Of a stretch of DNA of 64,000 nt, positions 41,683 to 50,421 are shown piece after piece. A program made the position numbers and the translations under genes. The DNA is from an uncultured virus (IMG/VR IMGVR_UViG_3300009164_000061) (Duplodnaviria; Heunggongvirae; Uroviricota; Caudoviricetes): positions 1 to 64,000 of the IMG/VR virus record IMGVR_UViG_3300009164_000061; one strand, 5' to 3'. Under the pieces are notes generated by a model. It saw only the letters and a list, made by a program, of their open reading frames with translations, did not search any database and was not told the DNA's origin. The stretch's first letter is position 1. Each line of letters starts with the position of its first letter.

Positions 41683-42764
41683 ATTCCGTAAATCGTAGAA
41701 ATTGCTGCATAGTTTGCAGTTGCAAGGTTAGGAACGTCACTTATTGCTTGTCCCGCATTCCCGTATTCATAAGCTTTAAATCCATAAACTCGAGTAGTTG
41801 TTGCATGGGTTAGAGCAATAGCAGATTCACATAAACACAAACTTGGAACCGATCTTGAAGCTAAGCCTGAGCCGCTTACCGCTGGCATTCCCATATCTAC
41901 ACCATTTATCCAAAGTTTGGCGTCGTTTGGATCTTCTGCGCCAGCTGGAACATATGCAACCATATGAAATATTCCAGCGTTTTGTAGTGGTGCTAAATTA
42001 CGAAATTCCATATTAGTATTACCGGATTTTACAGTAATTTTTAGGTTGTCCACTATAATTGAAATACTATCGTTTAGCGTGCCTACTAAATAGTGGCCAT
42101 TTAAGTCTCGATCTTGATAGAATACTCCCTCTACTACTAGAGATCCATTGAAGTTATTACCAGTGGCATTTCTAAGATTTGGTGTTTCTAATCTACCGTT
42201 ATTACCGCCTGTCTCAAAATAACCTACGAAACTTCCAGCACTTGGAGCAACAAATGCACCGTCAACTGCTCCAAAATTATTGTTACTAATTAAATCATAA
42301 ACCGCAATATCAGTTCCTGGATAACTTGCTAGGAATCCTAATTCAATATTTGCCGCACATTCAGGAGGTAGTAAATATTCAGGATATTTTGTGTTAACTA
42401 ACATGTATTGATAAGTACCAATTAGCCAGGCAATAGCTGTTGCATAATCTGCAAATAATTCGTAATTATTTGCTGATCTTTCAGGTAAACGACTAATTAG
42501 TTCAGTAATATTTGCTTGAGATTGACCACTAATCCAATGAATTGAAGGTACCGCAGCTGCTTGAGTATCAACTCCGCGGCTATACGTGTCAGTATAGATT
42601 ACCGTGTTTATTCCTGGGTTAATACCTGCCCGCCAGTTGTTGTTTATTAGAGTAGTGTAGTCTTTACGAACTGTACCTAATGAAACTGGGCCGAAACTAA
42701 CGGCATCTCTATTTGGTCGATTTAATCCATTGTAACATACTGGATTGGTGTAGCTTACTGCCAT
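41679..42764 (-). CDS. Hypothetical virion protein, possible LamG/concanavalin-like domain
   Basis: FHMVAYV...AKLWINGV; late motif at 42787-42794. Confidence 0.55.
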   Translation of the reverse strand: MAVSYTNPVCYNGLNRPNRDAVSFGPVSLGTVRKDYTTLINNNWRAGINPGINTVIYTDTYSRGVDTQAAAVPSIHWISGQSQANITELISRLPERSANNYELFADYATAIAWLIGTYQYMLVNTKYPEYLLPPECAANIELGFLASYPGTDIAVYDLISNNNFGAVDGAFVAPSAGSFVGYFETGGNNGRLETPNLRNATGNNFNGSLVVEGVFYQDRDLNGHYLVGTLNDSISIIVDNLKITVKSGNTNMEFRNLAPLQNAGIFHMVAYVPAGAEDPNDAKLWINGVDMGMPAVSGSGLASRSVPSLCLCESAIALTHATTTRVYGFKAYEYGNAGQAISDVPNLATANYAAISTIYGI

Positions 42765-42879
42765 AATGTATAAAAATTATTTTAGGTTATTTATTTGGCT
42801 ACTTTTAAAATTTTTTCAAAAACTTTTTGGCCAGACTAGATATAATAAATAGACTTTACAATAATCGTTCTTTAATTTA

Positions 42880-43295
42880 CGTTGGAAAAACCTAGTAGGA
42901 AGTCATGATCCTGTTAGGAGTATGTGCCAGAACAACCTGATTGTAAAACAGGTAATGGTTTAGATTAGGAGGATGCTCCGCAAGGGCTGGATGAAACCAG
43001 CAGATCAAACGATCAACTTGAACCAGTTAACCACTGGAATCTAAGGTTTTGATATACATATTCGGTATTTTGCAATCGGCATACGGGTATAAAATAGTCC
43101 CGTTAAATGGCTGAATAATCCTTTGCTAGGTGGGATAAAGCACTCGTACTGTTGTGGTTAACACGATAGTGATTCAAGCGGATCCAACTTGCTTTGAGTC
43201 GACTCTGACAGGAGTGTACGAAGGTTGTCGTTATAACGCAAGCTCAGCATCAAATTGGAGGTAAACCCTACCCCTCTCATACGTTTTTTCCGACG
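42880..43295 (+). ncRNA. Unidentified large structured non-coding RNA (~415 nt)
   Basis: No listed ORF; terminal helix cgttggaaaaa/tttttccgacg; many nested helices; TATAAT and boxA-like motif upstream; terminator downstream. Confidence 0.75.
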
Positions 43296-43300
43296 ATACC

Positions 43301-43333
43301 AAGGCTAGCCGTAAAAAAGCTAGCCTTTTTTTT
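43301..43333 (+). terminator. Intrinsic terminator closing the ncRNA unit
   Basis: aaggctagc-cgtaaaaaa-gctagcctt followed by a T tract. Confidence 0.88.
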
Positions 43334-43358
43334 GTTTACAGAGTATAATAATATTACT

Positions 43359-43583
43359 ATGGGATTTAACAAATATTTTGTACCTGAACCAGCCGAAGTT
43401 GCTAGACAGGTAAAATTAAACGGGCCGACTCAATTTATTAATCGTAAAATTGATGCAGTAATTGGCAATTCAACCAGTATAGATATGATGGATCATATTT
43501 ACGAAAAGTCAAAAACTGGCCAGACTGACAATCAAATCTTGAAAAGTCTAGTCGAAAAATTTCCGGTATATTTTAATGCCTAG
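43359..43583 (+). CDS. Hypothetical protein (MGFNKYF...)
   Basis: ATG at 43359 after GAGTATAAT. Confidence 0.6.
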   Translation: MGFNKYFVPEPAEVARQVKLNGPTQFINRKIDAVIGNSTSIDMMDHIYEKSKTGQTDNQILKSLVEKFPVYFNA

Positions 43584-43866
43584 TCCAGCCAGAGCAAAAG
43601 AAGTCTGCTTAATAACAGCTGTCACTGGAGAAGCCCAAACTCATCTATGCGTTATTGGTACGTTTAGGGGAGCCTATAAAATTGCACTGTTTGAAGCTGC
43701 AATTTCTTTTCCAAATTTAACAGAACGCGCTGCCCAGACCCTAATGAATCAAACTGGCTCAGTTAAACTTTGGGATACCAAAAAGTTTGCATATGAAGAA
43801 GAGGCCAGGTGGTCGCCAATTGGAAAGATAATTTCAGTCTGTAAAGTTCCAGTAAAACATACATAA
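43576..43866 (+). CDS. Hypothetical protein
   Basis: 96-aa ORF ending at a bidirectional terminator. Confidence 0.5.
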   Translation: MPSPARAKEVCLITAVTGEAQTHLCVIGTFRGAYKIALFEAAISFPNLTERAAQTLMNQTGSVKLWDTKKFAYEEEARWSPIGKIISVCKVPVKHT

Positions 43867-43893
43867 AAAAAGAGAGCAATTGCTCTCTTTTTT
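43865..43893. terminator. Bidirectional intrinsic terminator
   Basis: aaaaaagagagc-aatt-gctctctttttt between convergent genes. Confidence 0.85.
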
Positions 43894-43909
43894 ATTTAAG
43901 TAAGTTAGG

Positions 43910-44107
43910 TTATTCGATTAGGCCTAGAATCTTTGATTCTTGAACCGCTTCTAATTGACATGGGGAAATTCCTTCACCAAATCTTTTTAATAATTTTTCT
44001 TCGGCTTCTCCAATTGAAGTTGCTTCAACCAAGTACTGTTCACGAATTTTTTTCGTTTTGCCGTTGTCGTCTTCCGACTCAAATCTTAATTTTGCTAGAT
44101 AATACAT
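43910..44107 (-). CDS. DUF4494-like protein (Bacteroidota family)
   Basis: NGKTKKIREQYLVEATSIGEAE. Confidence 0.7.
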   Translation of the reverse strand: MYYLAKLRFESEDDNGKTKKIREQYLVEATSIGEAEEKLLKRFGEGISPCQLEAVQESKILGLIE

Positions 44108-44143
44108 ATTGCTTTTAAATTTATGTTATGTTATACTAGTAAA

Positions 44144-44710
44144 TTATCGAGTAGTTTTACGAGGGTTTAAAGATTGAGGCATTTTACCAGTTTCCATATT
44201 AGTATCTTTTTTAGAACCATTTAACACTCCATTGTCTGGAATATTATTTGTCTTTGCAAATACCTTTTTCTTATTCATAGACTCTTCAGTTTTCTGTGCA
44301 GATTTTAAAGCACCTGGAGCTGGATAACCTTTTTCTCCTGGCTTTGCAGGTTTTTCTCCACGCTTTCTTTTTGCATTAATATTATCCCATAAACCTTTTT
44401 TCTTTTCGGAAATTTCTAGGCTTGCTAATAGTGCATCAGACTCGTCTGCAAAACTTTGAGCAATATCTTCTCCAAATTCGTCATAAATTTTTGTAATAAG
44501 ATCATTTTGTAAATCTTTAATTCGGCTTGCCGTTTCATACTTATTGGAGTGTTGATCAATTTCAACTGGCTCATTTGTATAGTTACTAGCTAATTCAATT
44601 AGATCTTTTGAAATATTATGGTAAAAAGAATCCGATTTTGTATTTGGTGCTTGGTGGAATTCATCGTAACTCTCTTCAAAGCTTTCAAATAGTGCAATGT
44701 AATTTTTCAT
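44144..44710 (-). CDS. Putative internal virion protein
   Basis: MKNYIALFESFEE tag; ISE followed by KKKGLWDNINAKRKRGEKPAKPG module. Confidence 0.6.
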   Translation of the reverse strand: MKNYIALFESFEESYDEFHQAPNTKSDSFYHNISKDLIELASNYTNEPVEIDQHSNKYETASRIKDLQNDLITKIYDEFGEDIAQSFADESDALLASLEISEKKKGLWDNINAKRKRGEKPAKPGEKGYPAPGALKSAQKTEESMNKKKVFAKTNNIPDNGVLNGSKKDTNMETGKMPQSLNPRKTTR

Positions 44711-44746
44711 TTGTTTTTGGTATAATTTTATAAACTTATTTATCTA

Positions 44747-45553
44747 ATGCCAGAAGGTCCGGAATGCAGACGAGTTTACGAGGGAATCTCGGAAATCGCT
44801 AAAACAAAAACAATTAGTCAATTTGAGGTGCTAGGTGGCCGTTTCCTAAAAAGGGCTCCCGATCTTAACGTTAAAACATCGGTGCCAGTCCGTGTGACCG
44901 GCGGTGGAGTTAAGGGCAAATTCATCTGGCTGGAATTTAGTGACGAGACATGCCTCTGGATAACACTGGGAATGAGCGGGTACTGGTCAACTGGCCTTAA
45001 GCCTCATAGCCATTTCCGAATAGGTTTTGAGGATGGTACGTCTCTGTATTTTGTTGATCAGCGCCGATTCGGTACCTTAAAGTTCACACTGAAGTCAGAG
45101 CTTTCAAAAAAATTGGAGAGCCTTGGGCTTGACATGTTAAACGATCAAACTTCCAGCATGTATGATTTTGTTAGAAAGGTTGAACTGCCTAAAGTTCAGA
45201 AAAAAACTGTTGCAGAAGCACTAATGAATCAGTCCTTGTTTGCTGGCATTGGTAATTATATTAAATGTGAAATGCTCTATCGCTCTAAAATATCTCCATA
45301 TCGATTGGTGCAAGATTTAACACAAGATGAGATCTGTCAATTATGGAATTGGGGTAAATTAATAATGAAAGCTTCATACGATCAAGGCGGAGCAAGTATC
45401 AGAAATTATCGCCAAGTAAATGGAGAAGCTGGCGACTTTACCTTTGAGTTTGAAGTCTATGCTCAAAAACAGGATCCATTAGGCAATGTAGTGGTTAGGG
45501 AAGAAACACCAGACGGTCGCACAACACATTGGGTTCCAAGTCTACAATCATAG
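44747..45553 (+). CDS. Fpg/Nei-family DNA glycosylase/AP lyase, zincless-finger type
   Basis: MPEGPE, KGKFIW, LGMSG, DQRRFG, H2TH AGIGNYIKCE; C-terminal GRTTHWVP without a Cys4 finger. Confidence 0.9.
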   Translation: MPEGPECRRVYEGISEIAKTKTISQFEVLGGRFLKRAPDLNVKTSVPVRVTGGGVKGKFIWLEFSDETCLWITLGMSGYWSTGLKPHSHFRIGFEDGTSLYFVDQRRFGTLKFTLKSELSKKLESLGLDMLNDQTSSMYDFVRKVELPKVQKKTVAEALMNQSLFAGIGNYIKCEMLYRSKISPYRLVQDLTQDEICQLWNWGKLIMKASYDQGGASIRNYRQVNGEAGDFTFEFEVYAQKQDPLGNVVVREETPDGRTTHWVPSLQS

Positions 45554-45565
45554 TATAATAAAAAC

Positions 45566-45919
45566 ATGAAAGATATTATTGACTTAGGCAATCTAGTATT
45601 TAATCAGCTAGTAAAATCACATGGGGAACTTGAAGAGTCTAGGACCCTGTTTCTTTATGGAATCACAGTTGGTTCAGATTGGCAAGTATTGGGTTCAGTA
45701 AAGGTCGTAATAATTGACCAAACTGGAGTATCAATTAATTTTGAAGATCCTGTAATTACTGAGGTAAACAGTCAATGGAAACAAATAATTACAAATCGCC
45801 AAGGAGTTAAAGCAGCAGCTGAAATTTCAAAAATAAAATCAAATAATAAACAATTTAAGGACGGGGAAACCTATGAATTTTGGCAAAACGAAGGTCCTTG
45901 GAGAGAAATAAATTTTTAA
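45566..45919 (+). CDS. Hypothetical protein
   Basis: 117-aa ORF with TAGTATAAT-N6-ATG. Confidence 0.6.
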   Translation: MKDIIDLGNLVFNQLVKSHGELEESRTLFLYGITVGSDWQVLGSVKVVIIDQTGVSINFEDPVITEVNSQWKQIITNRQGVKAAAEISKIKSNNKQFKDGETYEFWQNEGPWREINF

Positions 45920-45921
45920 CT

Positions 45922-46068
45922 ATGAACAAAGAAGAAGCAAAAGACCTATTAATCAAAGTATTATACAGTCAAGTAATGGACTTATCAATGATGTCTAAAA
46001 TTGAATTAGGTGATGACGTAATCGCTGAAATTAAACGACTTAACCAAATTATTAATGAACCGTTTTAA
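45922..46068 (+). CDS. Small hypothetical protein (MNKEEAK...)
   Basis: ATG at 45922, fills the gap before thyA. Confidence 0.5.
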   Translation: MNKEEAKDLLIKVLYSQVMDLSMMSKIELGDDVIAEIKRLNQIINEPF

Positions 46069-46070
46069 TT

Positions 46071-47369
46071 ATGAATAGTTTAGATAAACAATATCAAGCA
46101 CTACTCCAAGATATTTTAGATAATGGAGTAACCAAATCTGACAGAACAGGAACTGGTACGATTTCGGTATTTGGAAGACAAATCAGACACAAAATGTCAG
46201 AAGGATTTCCTTTACTTACAACTAAGAAGATGCCATTTAAAACTATTGTAACTGAATTGTTATGGTTCCTACGTGGCGATACTAATATCAAGTTCTTAGT
46301 TGATAACGGATGTCATATTTGGGATGGTGATGCATATAAGAATTATGAAAAGACCGTTAAGCTATCAATTGATAAAGCTACTGACGAGGGTATACTTAAA
46401 GAGGCAACTGATTACAATATTCTAAGTAAAGAAGGATTTATTGAACGTATTAAAACAGATGATGAGTTTGCTAAGAAGTGGGGGGAGTTAGGTTCAATTT
46501 ACGGTAAGCAATGGAGAAAATGGAACAAAGTAAATTTTGATAACATGATAGTAGATTACAGTGGAGACAATACTGGATATACCTTACATGAACCTATAGA
46601 CCAAATAGCAAACCTAATCAACGACCTTAAAACAAATCCAGACTCAAGACGATTGATGGTTAGTGCTTGGAATGTGGGTGAATTAAACCAAATGGTTCTC
46701 CCACCTTGTCATTATGGATTTCAAGTTTATACGAGAGAGTTGAGTTGGGAAGAAAGAGAAGACTATGGTTATAAGATAAATATAGATGGAATATTAACAA
46801 AAGAATGGGCTGACAAGTTACGTTTACCGACAAGAGCAATCTCTTTAATGTGGAATCAACGTTCAGTAGATACGTTTTTAGGTTTACCATTCAATATTGC
46901 TTCTTATGGATTGTTATTGGAAATCATTGCTACTTCAGTTAATATGGTACCTGACGAATTGATAGGAAATTTAGGTGATACTCATTTATATTCAAATCAT
47001 ATTGAACAAGCAAAAGAACAAATTGGAAGAAAATATGACCATGAAGAACGGGGGTCTATGTTGAAAGATGCAATGGGACCGGTCGCGTACCAGTCAGCGG
47101 TTGCTGAACTAATGCCATTCGGCGGAGGTCTTTCTGAATATTATGATATTTATAAGATTCCATATTATAGTAGAGTACCGTTTGAATTACCTTCTTTAAA
47201 TATTAATACTGAGTTTTGGGCTAGAGAAACTGAAGATGGCCCAATAGAGGCAATCTCAATATTTAATAATTTCACTGATGATAATTTTTGTAAGTGTTTA
47301 TTGGAGGAAGATATTCAATTAGGCAATTATCAATCACATCAATCAATTAAAGCGCCTTTATCCAATTAA
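46071..47369 (+). CDS. thyA: Thymidylate synthase with insertions
   Basis: DRTGTGT, FPLLTTKK, ELLWFL, YGKQWR, SRR, LPPCH, QRSVDTFLGLPFN, GDTHLY. Confidence 0.95.
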   Translation: MNSLDKQYQALLQDILDNGVTKSDRTGTGTISVFGRQIRHKMSEGFPLLTTKKMPFKTIVTELLWFLRGDTNIKFLVDNGCHIWDGDAYKNYEKTVKLSIDKATDEGILKEATDYNILSKEGFIERIKTDDEFAKKWGELGSIYGKQWRKWNKVNFDNMIVDYSGDNTGYTLHEPIDQIANLINDLKTNPDSRRLMVSAWNVGELNQMVLPPCHYGFQVYTRELSWEEREDYGYKINIDGILTKEWADKLRLPTRAISLMWNQRSVDTFLGLPFNIASYGLLLEIIATSVNMVPDELIGNLGDTHLYSNHIEQAKEQIGRKYDHEERGSMLKDAMGPVAYQSAVAELMPFGGGLSEYYDIYKIPYYSRVPFELPSLNINTEFWARETEDGPIEAISIFNNFTDDNFCKCLLEEDIQLGNYQSHQSIKAPLSN

Positions 47370-47372
47370 GAT

Positions 47373-47720
47373 ATGGAAATTAGAAAAATAACATATAAGG
47401 AAGTTGATCATGAATTCAGCGAACTTAAGCCTGATCTATTAGACGAATATGCAACTTATTATGGGTGCTTTATTAAAGATGAATTGGTTGGAGTAGTTTC
47501 ATATGTTGAACACGCTGCTGTAATTTATCTTTGTCATGCATACGTTAAAGAAGAACACAGAAGTCAGGGTATCTATAAATTATTGTGGAACTATAGAGAC
47601 TCTAAAATAAAAGAATCAGATAAATCTATTTATGCACACTGTAATGTTGATAGTTTAAAATATTTTATCAACAACGGATATGCAATTGAAAAGGCCCTAT
47701 TTAAAGTAGTTAAATTATGA
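47373..47720 (+). CDS. GNAT acetyltransferase
   Basis: YVKEEHRSQGIYKLL (motif A), YFINNGY. Confidence 0.8.
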   Translation: MEIRKITYKEVDHEFSELKPDLLDEYATYYGCFIKDELVGVVSYVEHAAVIYLCHAYVKEEHRSQGIYKLLWNYRDSKIKESDKSIYAHCNVDSLKYFINNGYAIEKALFKVVKL

Positions 47721-47923
47721 AGAAAGTATTAAGAATTGAACCGTATTGTTATAAAACATGGTCACCAGTCTTTAAGCAAATTGGCTTAATTTCCCCGTAT
47801 ATTACATATAATCCAGAAGGTCACTTTATTGAATCTGGAGTTAGCTCTTGGCTATTAATAGTAAGTTTTAATATACTCATTTGGGATTTTGGATTCAGGA
47901 TCTATTATGATCTTGAATATTAG
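47717..47923 (+). CDS. Small hypothetical protein
   Basis: 68-aa ORF with ATGA overlap. Confidence 0.45.
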   Translation: MKKVLRIEPYCYKTWSPVFKQIGLISPYITYNPEGHFIESGVSSWLLIVSFNILIWDFGFRIYYDLEY

Positions 47924-49254
47924 GCAGTTTCAGTTGAGTCTAATGAACTTGCAAAAGCTTTTGCTTTTTGTAAACCTGCTGAAACTACTGCTCCATTTAA
48001 CGAAGTTCCCCAACCTGCATTTGCTCTAATATAGTCAGTAACTGCTGAATCTAAATCCGAATAGTTATTTGGATTTTTACCGTGTCTCTTAAATGAATCT
48101 ATGAAATACAGGATTGCAAATTCTGCTGCAACTTCAGGTTTTTCAAGAAGTTCAGGATTTTTAACAATATTAATATTACCTAAAGACTGATTTGAACTAT
48201 TATAAATCTTTTGTAAGTTTTCGTAATTTCCTTTAAATGTTATTCCGTTAAAACCTCTTCCTCTGTATTTTTCTCCATCTCCGGATTCAGTATTACCGTT
48301 CATTCCTCCATACACAGCTTCCCAAAATTTACTGTCAAAGCCAGCTTTACCCAATTGTCTCCAACCTTCAATTTCTTCATCTGCGTATTTTGAAATTCTG
48401 GCTCCAAATACCTCTTTCATTCTTGCAATTGGCGTACTAAAATAGGAAGTTTCACTACCTCCTTTTGCTGACTCTTTTGAAATTACTCCTAAAATTGCTT
48501 TACGTGCAAATTCATTAGTTATTCCATTTTTGTCCATTGATTTTTCTAATGCAACCATATTTTCTTTTGGAAAGCCTCCTTCCGCTTTAAAATTAGTACC
48601 CTTACCTGCAGTCAATGAAGTTGAATATTTGTCTAAATCAGCTTGAGAAAAATTCTTTTCTTTTAATTTTGTAATAAGTCTCTTAATTAAGTCTGAGTCA
48701 ATTACAATACCGCTGCTAGATAAATTACTAGCGGTTGCTTCTGCGCCAGTCAACCCAGTAACTTCAATTGGGTCATCCGTCTTTACATTAGACGTTCTTG
48801 AATTTTCTGGACGAGTTCCATAAGACAGGTGAAAGTGTCCAGCAGTTGCGGCCTTAGTTGGATTAGAGTATTCATCAATGTAACTGAAACCTGGAGTACC
48901 ATCAGATACTCGGTTTAACACAGAAATCATTTTACTACGAGAGTCTTCTGTATTTGGAGTAACTACAAGATCGACCGCTTGACCTTTTGTATGTCTACTA
49001 ACATAAGATAAATTGTGATGAAATGCATCATTTCCACTAGTTACTTTAACTTGGATATTAGGCGCAATCTTTTTAAATTCAGATAATACTACTTCAGCTA
49101 TTTTTTGAATATCATCTGTAATATCTCCACCGCTACTAAGCTCTTTTGATTTTTCAGCATACCCTAGATCGGAAAGTTTATCTCTTAATTCGTCAGCATT
49201 TGATGCTTCAGTTAGTGTATTTTTAAAGTCAGTATATGATTTAATTTTGATCAT
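47920..49254 (-). CDS. Two-domain peptidoglycan hydrolase: M15-like Zn peptidase + GH19-like glycoside hydrolase, CTS-tagged
   Basis: SRHTKGQAVD...HFHLS; KES...GDGEKYRGRGFNGITFKGNY; starts MIKIKSYTDF...LTE. Confidence 0.8.
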   Translation of the reverse strand: MIKIKSYTDFKNTLTEASNADELRDKLSDLGYAEKSKELSSGGDITDDIQKIAEVVLSEFKKIAPNIQVKVTSGNDAFHHNLSYVSRHTKGQAVDLVVTPNTEDSRSKMISVLNRVSDGTPGFSYIDEYSNPTKAATAGHFHLSYGTRPENSRTSNVKTDDPIEVTGLTGAEATASNLSSSGIVIDSDLIKRLITKLKEKNFSQADLDKYSTSLTAGKGTNFKAEGGFPKENMVALEKSMDKNGITNEFARKAILGVISKESAKGGSETSYFSTPIARMKEVFGARISKYADEEIEGWRQLGKAGFDSKFWEAVYGGMNGNTESGDGEKYRGRGFNGITFKGNYENLQKIYNSSNQSLGNINIVKNPELLEKPEVAAEFAILYFIDSFKRHGKNPNNYSDLDSAVTDYIRANAGWGTSLNGAVVSAGLQKAKAFASSLDSTETA

Positions 49255-49619
49255 TATATTCCCTGATCTTTTTTAGTATCCTCATTAAATTTCTTTATTG
49301 CATTGGCTGTTTCTGGTCCAAAATAACCGTCTACTCCAAATTTCGGAAGTGGATAACCTAAGAAAATTAGGGCAGTTTGAATATTTTCAACCATCTTTGA
49401 ATACTGCATTTCTCCTAATTTTTGAACCGGTACAGCCTTATTTGCTCCTGCGAAGTCTTCAAGGGTTTTATAAAATTCAGAAATTTTATCGTCAATTAAA
49501 TCCTGATTATCGGTATTGCCCTGCTTCTTGACTGTGCCTTCTTCGCTTTTACCAGTTAGCCAGTCTAAGAAACCGCCTTCATTAAGATTTGAATTAAATT
49601 CTGTAAATGTCTTAATCAT
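49254..49619 (-). CDS. Peptidoglycan-binding (PG_binding_1-like) protein, CTS-tagged
   Basis: IQTALIFLGY...VDGYFGPETANAIKKF; starts MIKTFTEFNSNLNE. Confidence 0.8.
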   Translation of the reverse strand: MIKTFTEFNSNLNEGGFLDWLTGKSEEGTVKKQGNTDNQDLIDDKISEFYKTLEDFAGANKAVPVQKLGEMQYSKMVENIQTALIFLGYPLPKFGVDGYFGPETANAIKKFNEDTKKDQGI

Positions 49620-49668
49620 GTTAAACTTTAAATGTTTATTGTGTAATAGATACTAAATTATTTATCTA

Positions 49669-50421
49669 ATGTCTGAATCAATTAAACGAGTTGTGCTGAA
49701 TGGATTTCGATACTATCAAGTATCTGACTCAACTGGAATACTTGGAACTTTCCCAAGTGTAACCTCTGTACTTGGAGATACCTCTGATAAATCTGGACTT
49801 GATGCTTGGAGAAACCGTATAGGTCACCAAAAAGCTGATCAAATCGGCCAAGATGCAGCTAACCGAGGAACTGTGATGCACCGGTTATGCGAAATTTATC
49901 TTAATCTGCCGCAGTCGATGTCTGCAAAAGACAGACTTGAGGACACTTTGTCCTTGGCCAGAATAGATGATGAAATTGATCAATTTGATAATCGGGCAAA
50001 AATTGTGGGAGGCATGCTCTTCTATAATTTTATAAAATCAAATTCATTTGACGAAATTAAACGAGTAATTGCTCAAGAGCGATTCTTATGGACGGCTAGA
50101 GATGGTGGATTTGCTGGCACAGTTGATAATGTTTCTGAATTAATAACTGGCGACCATGCAATTGTAGATTTTAAGACCGCTCGTAAACCCAAGGAAGAAA
50201 AATGGATTGAAGATTATAAGCACCAAGTCGCAGCATATTCGGTTGCAGTTTGGGACCGTATGCAGGTTAAGACAGTTACTTGTAGAATTTGGATTTCAAA
50301 CGAATTAAACTTAGCTCCACAACACTTTAGAATGGACTCTAGTGAAATGAGAGAATACTATTTTAAATTCAGAGAAAGATTGGCAGAGTTCTATCGAAAG
50401 AATCCGCCAATTGTGATTTAG
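49669..50421 (+). CDS. PD-(D/E)XK exonuclease
   Basis: FPSVTSVL, RGTVMH, AGTVD, IVDFKT, QVAAY. Confidence 0.85.
   Translation: MSESIKRVVLNGFRYYQVSDSTGILGTFPSVTSVLGDTSDKSGLDAWRNRIGHQKADQIGQDAANRGTVMHRLCEIYLNLPQSMSAKDRLEDTLSLARIDDEIDQFDNRAKIVGGMLFYNFIKSNSFDEIKRVIAQERFLWTARDGGFAGTVDNVSELITGDHAIVDFKTARKPKEEKWIEDYKHQVAAYSVAVWDRMQVKTVTCRIWISNELNLAPQHFRMDSSEMREYYFKFRERLAEFYRKNPPIVI

Noticed and set aside
42880..43295. Canonical RNase P RNA or SRP RNA
   Set aside because: Only partial look-alikes; no GAGGAAAGUC with a matching 3' P4 strand and no SRP domain IV consensus; left as an unknown ncRNA
46071..47369. dCMP hydroxymethylase supplying the BGT-like enzyme
   Set aside because: The motif reads GLPFN with Asn (dUMP-specific), not Asp
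49669..50421. Cas4 / CRISPR-Cas locus
   Set aside because: No four-Cys Fe-S motif, no other cas genes and no array; an ordinary phage PD-(D/E)XK exonuclease
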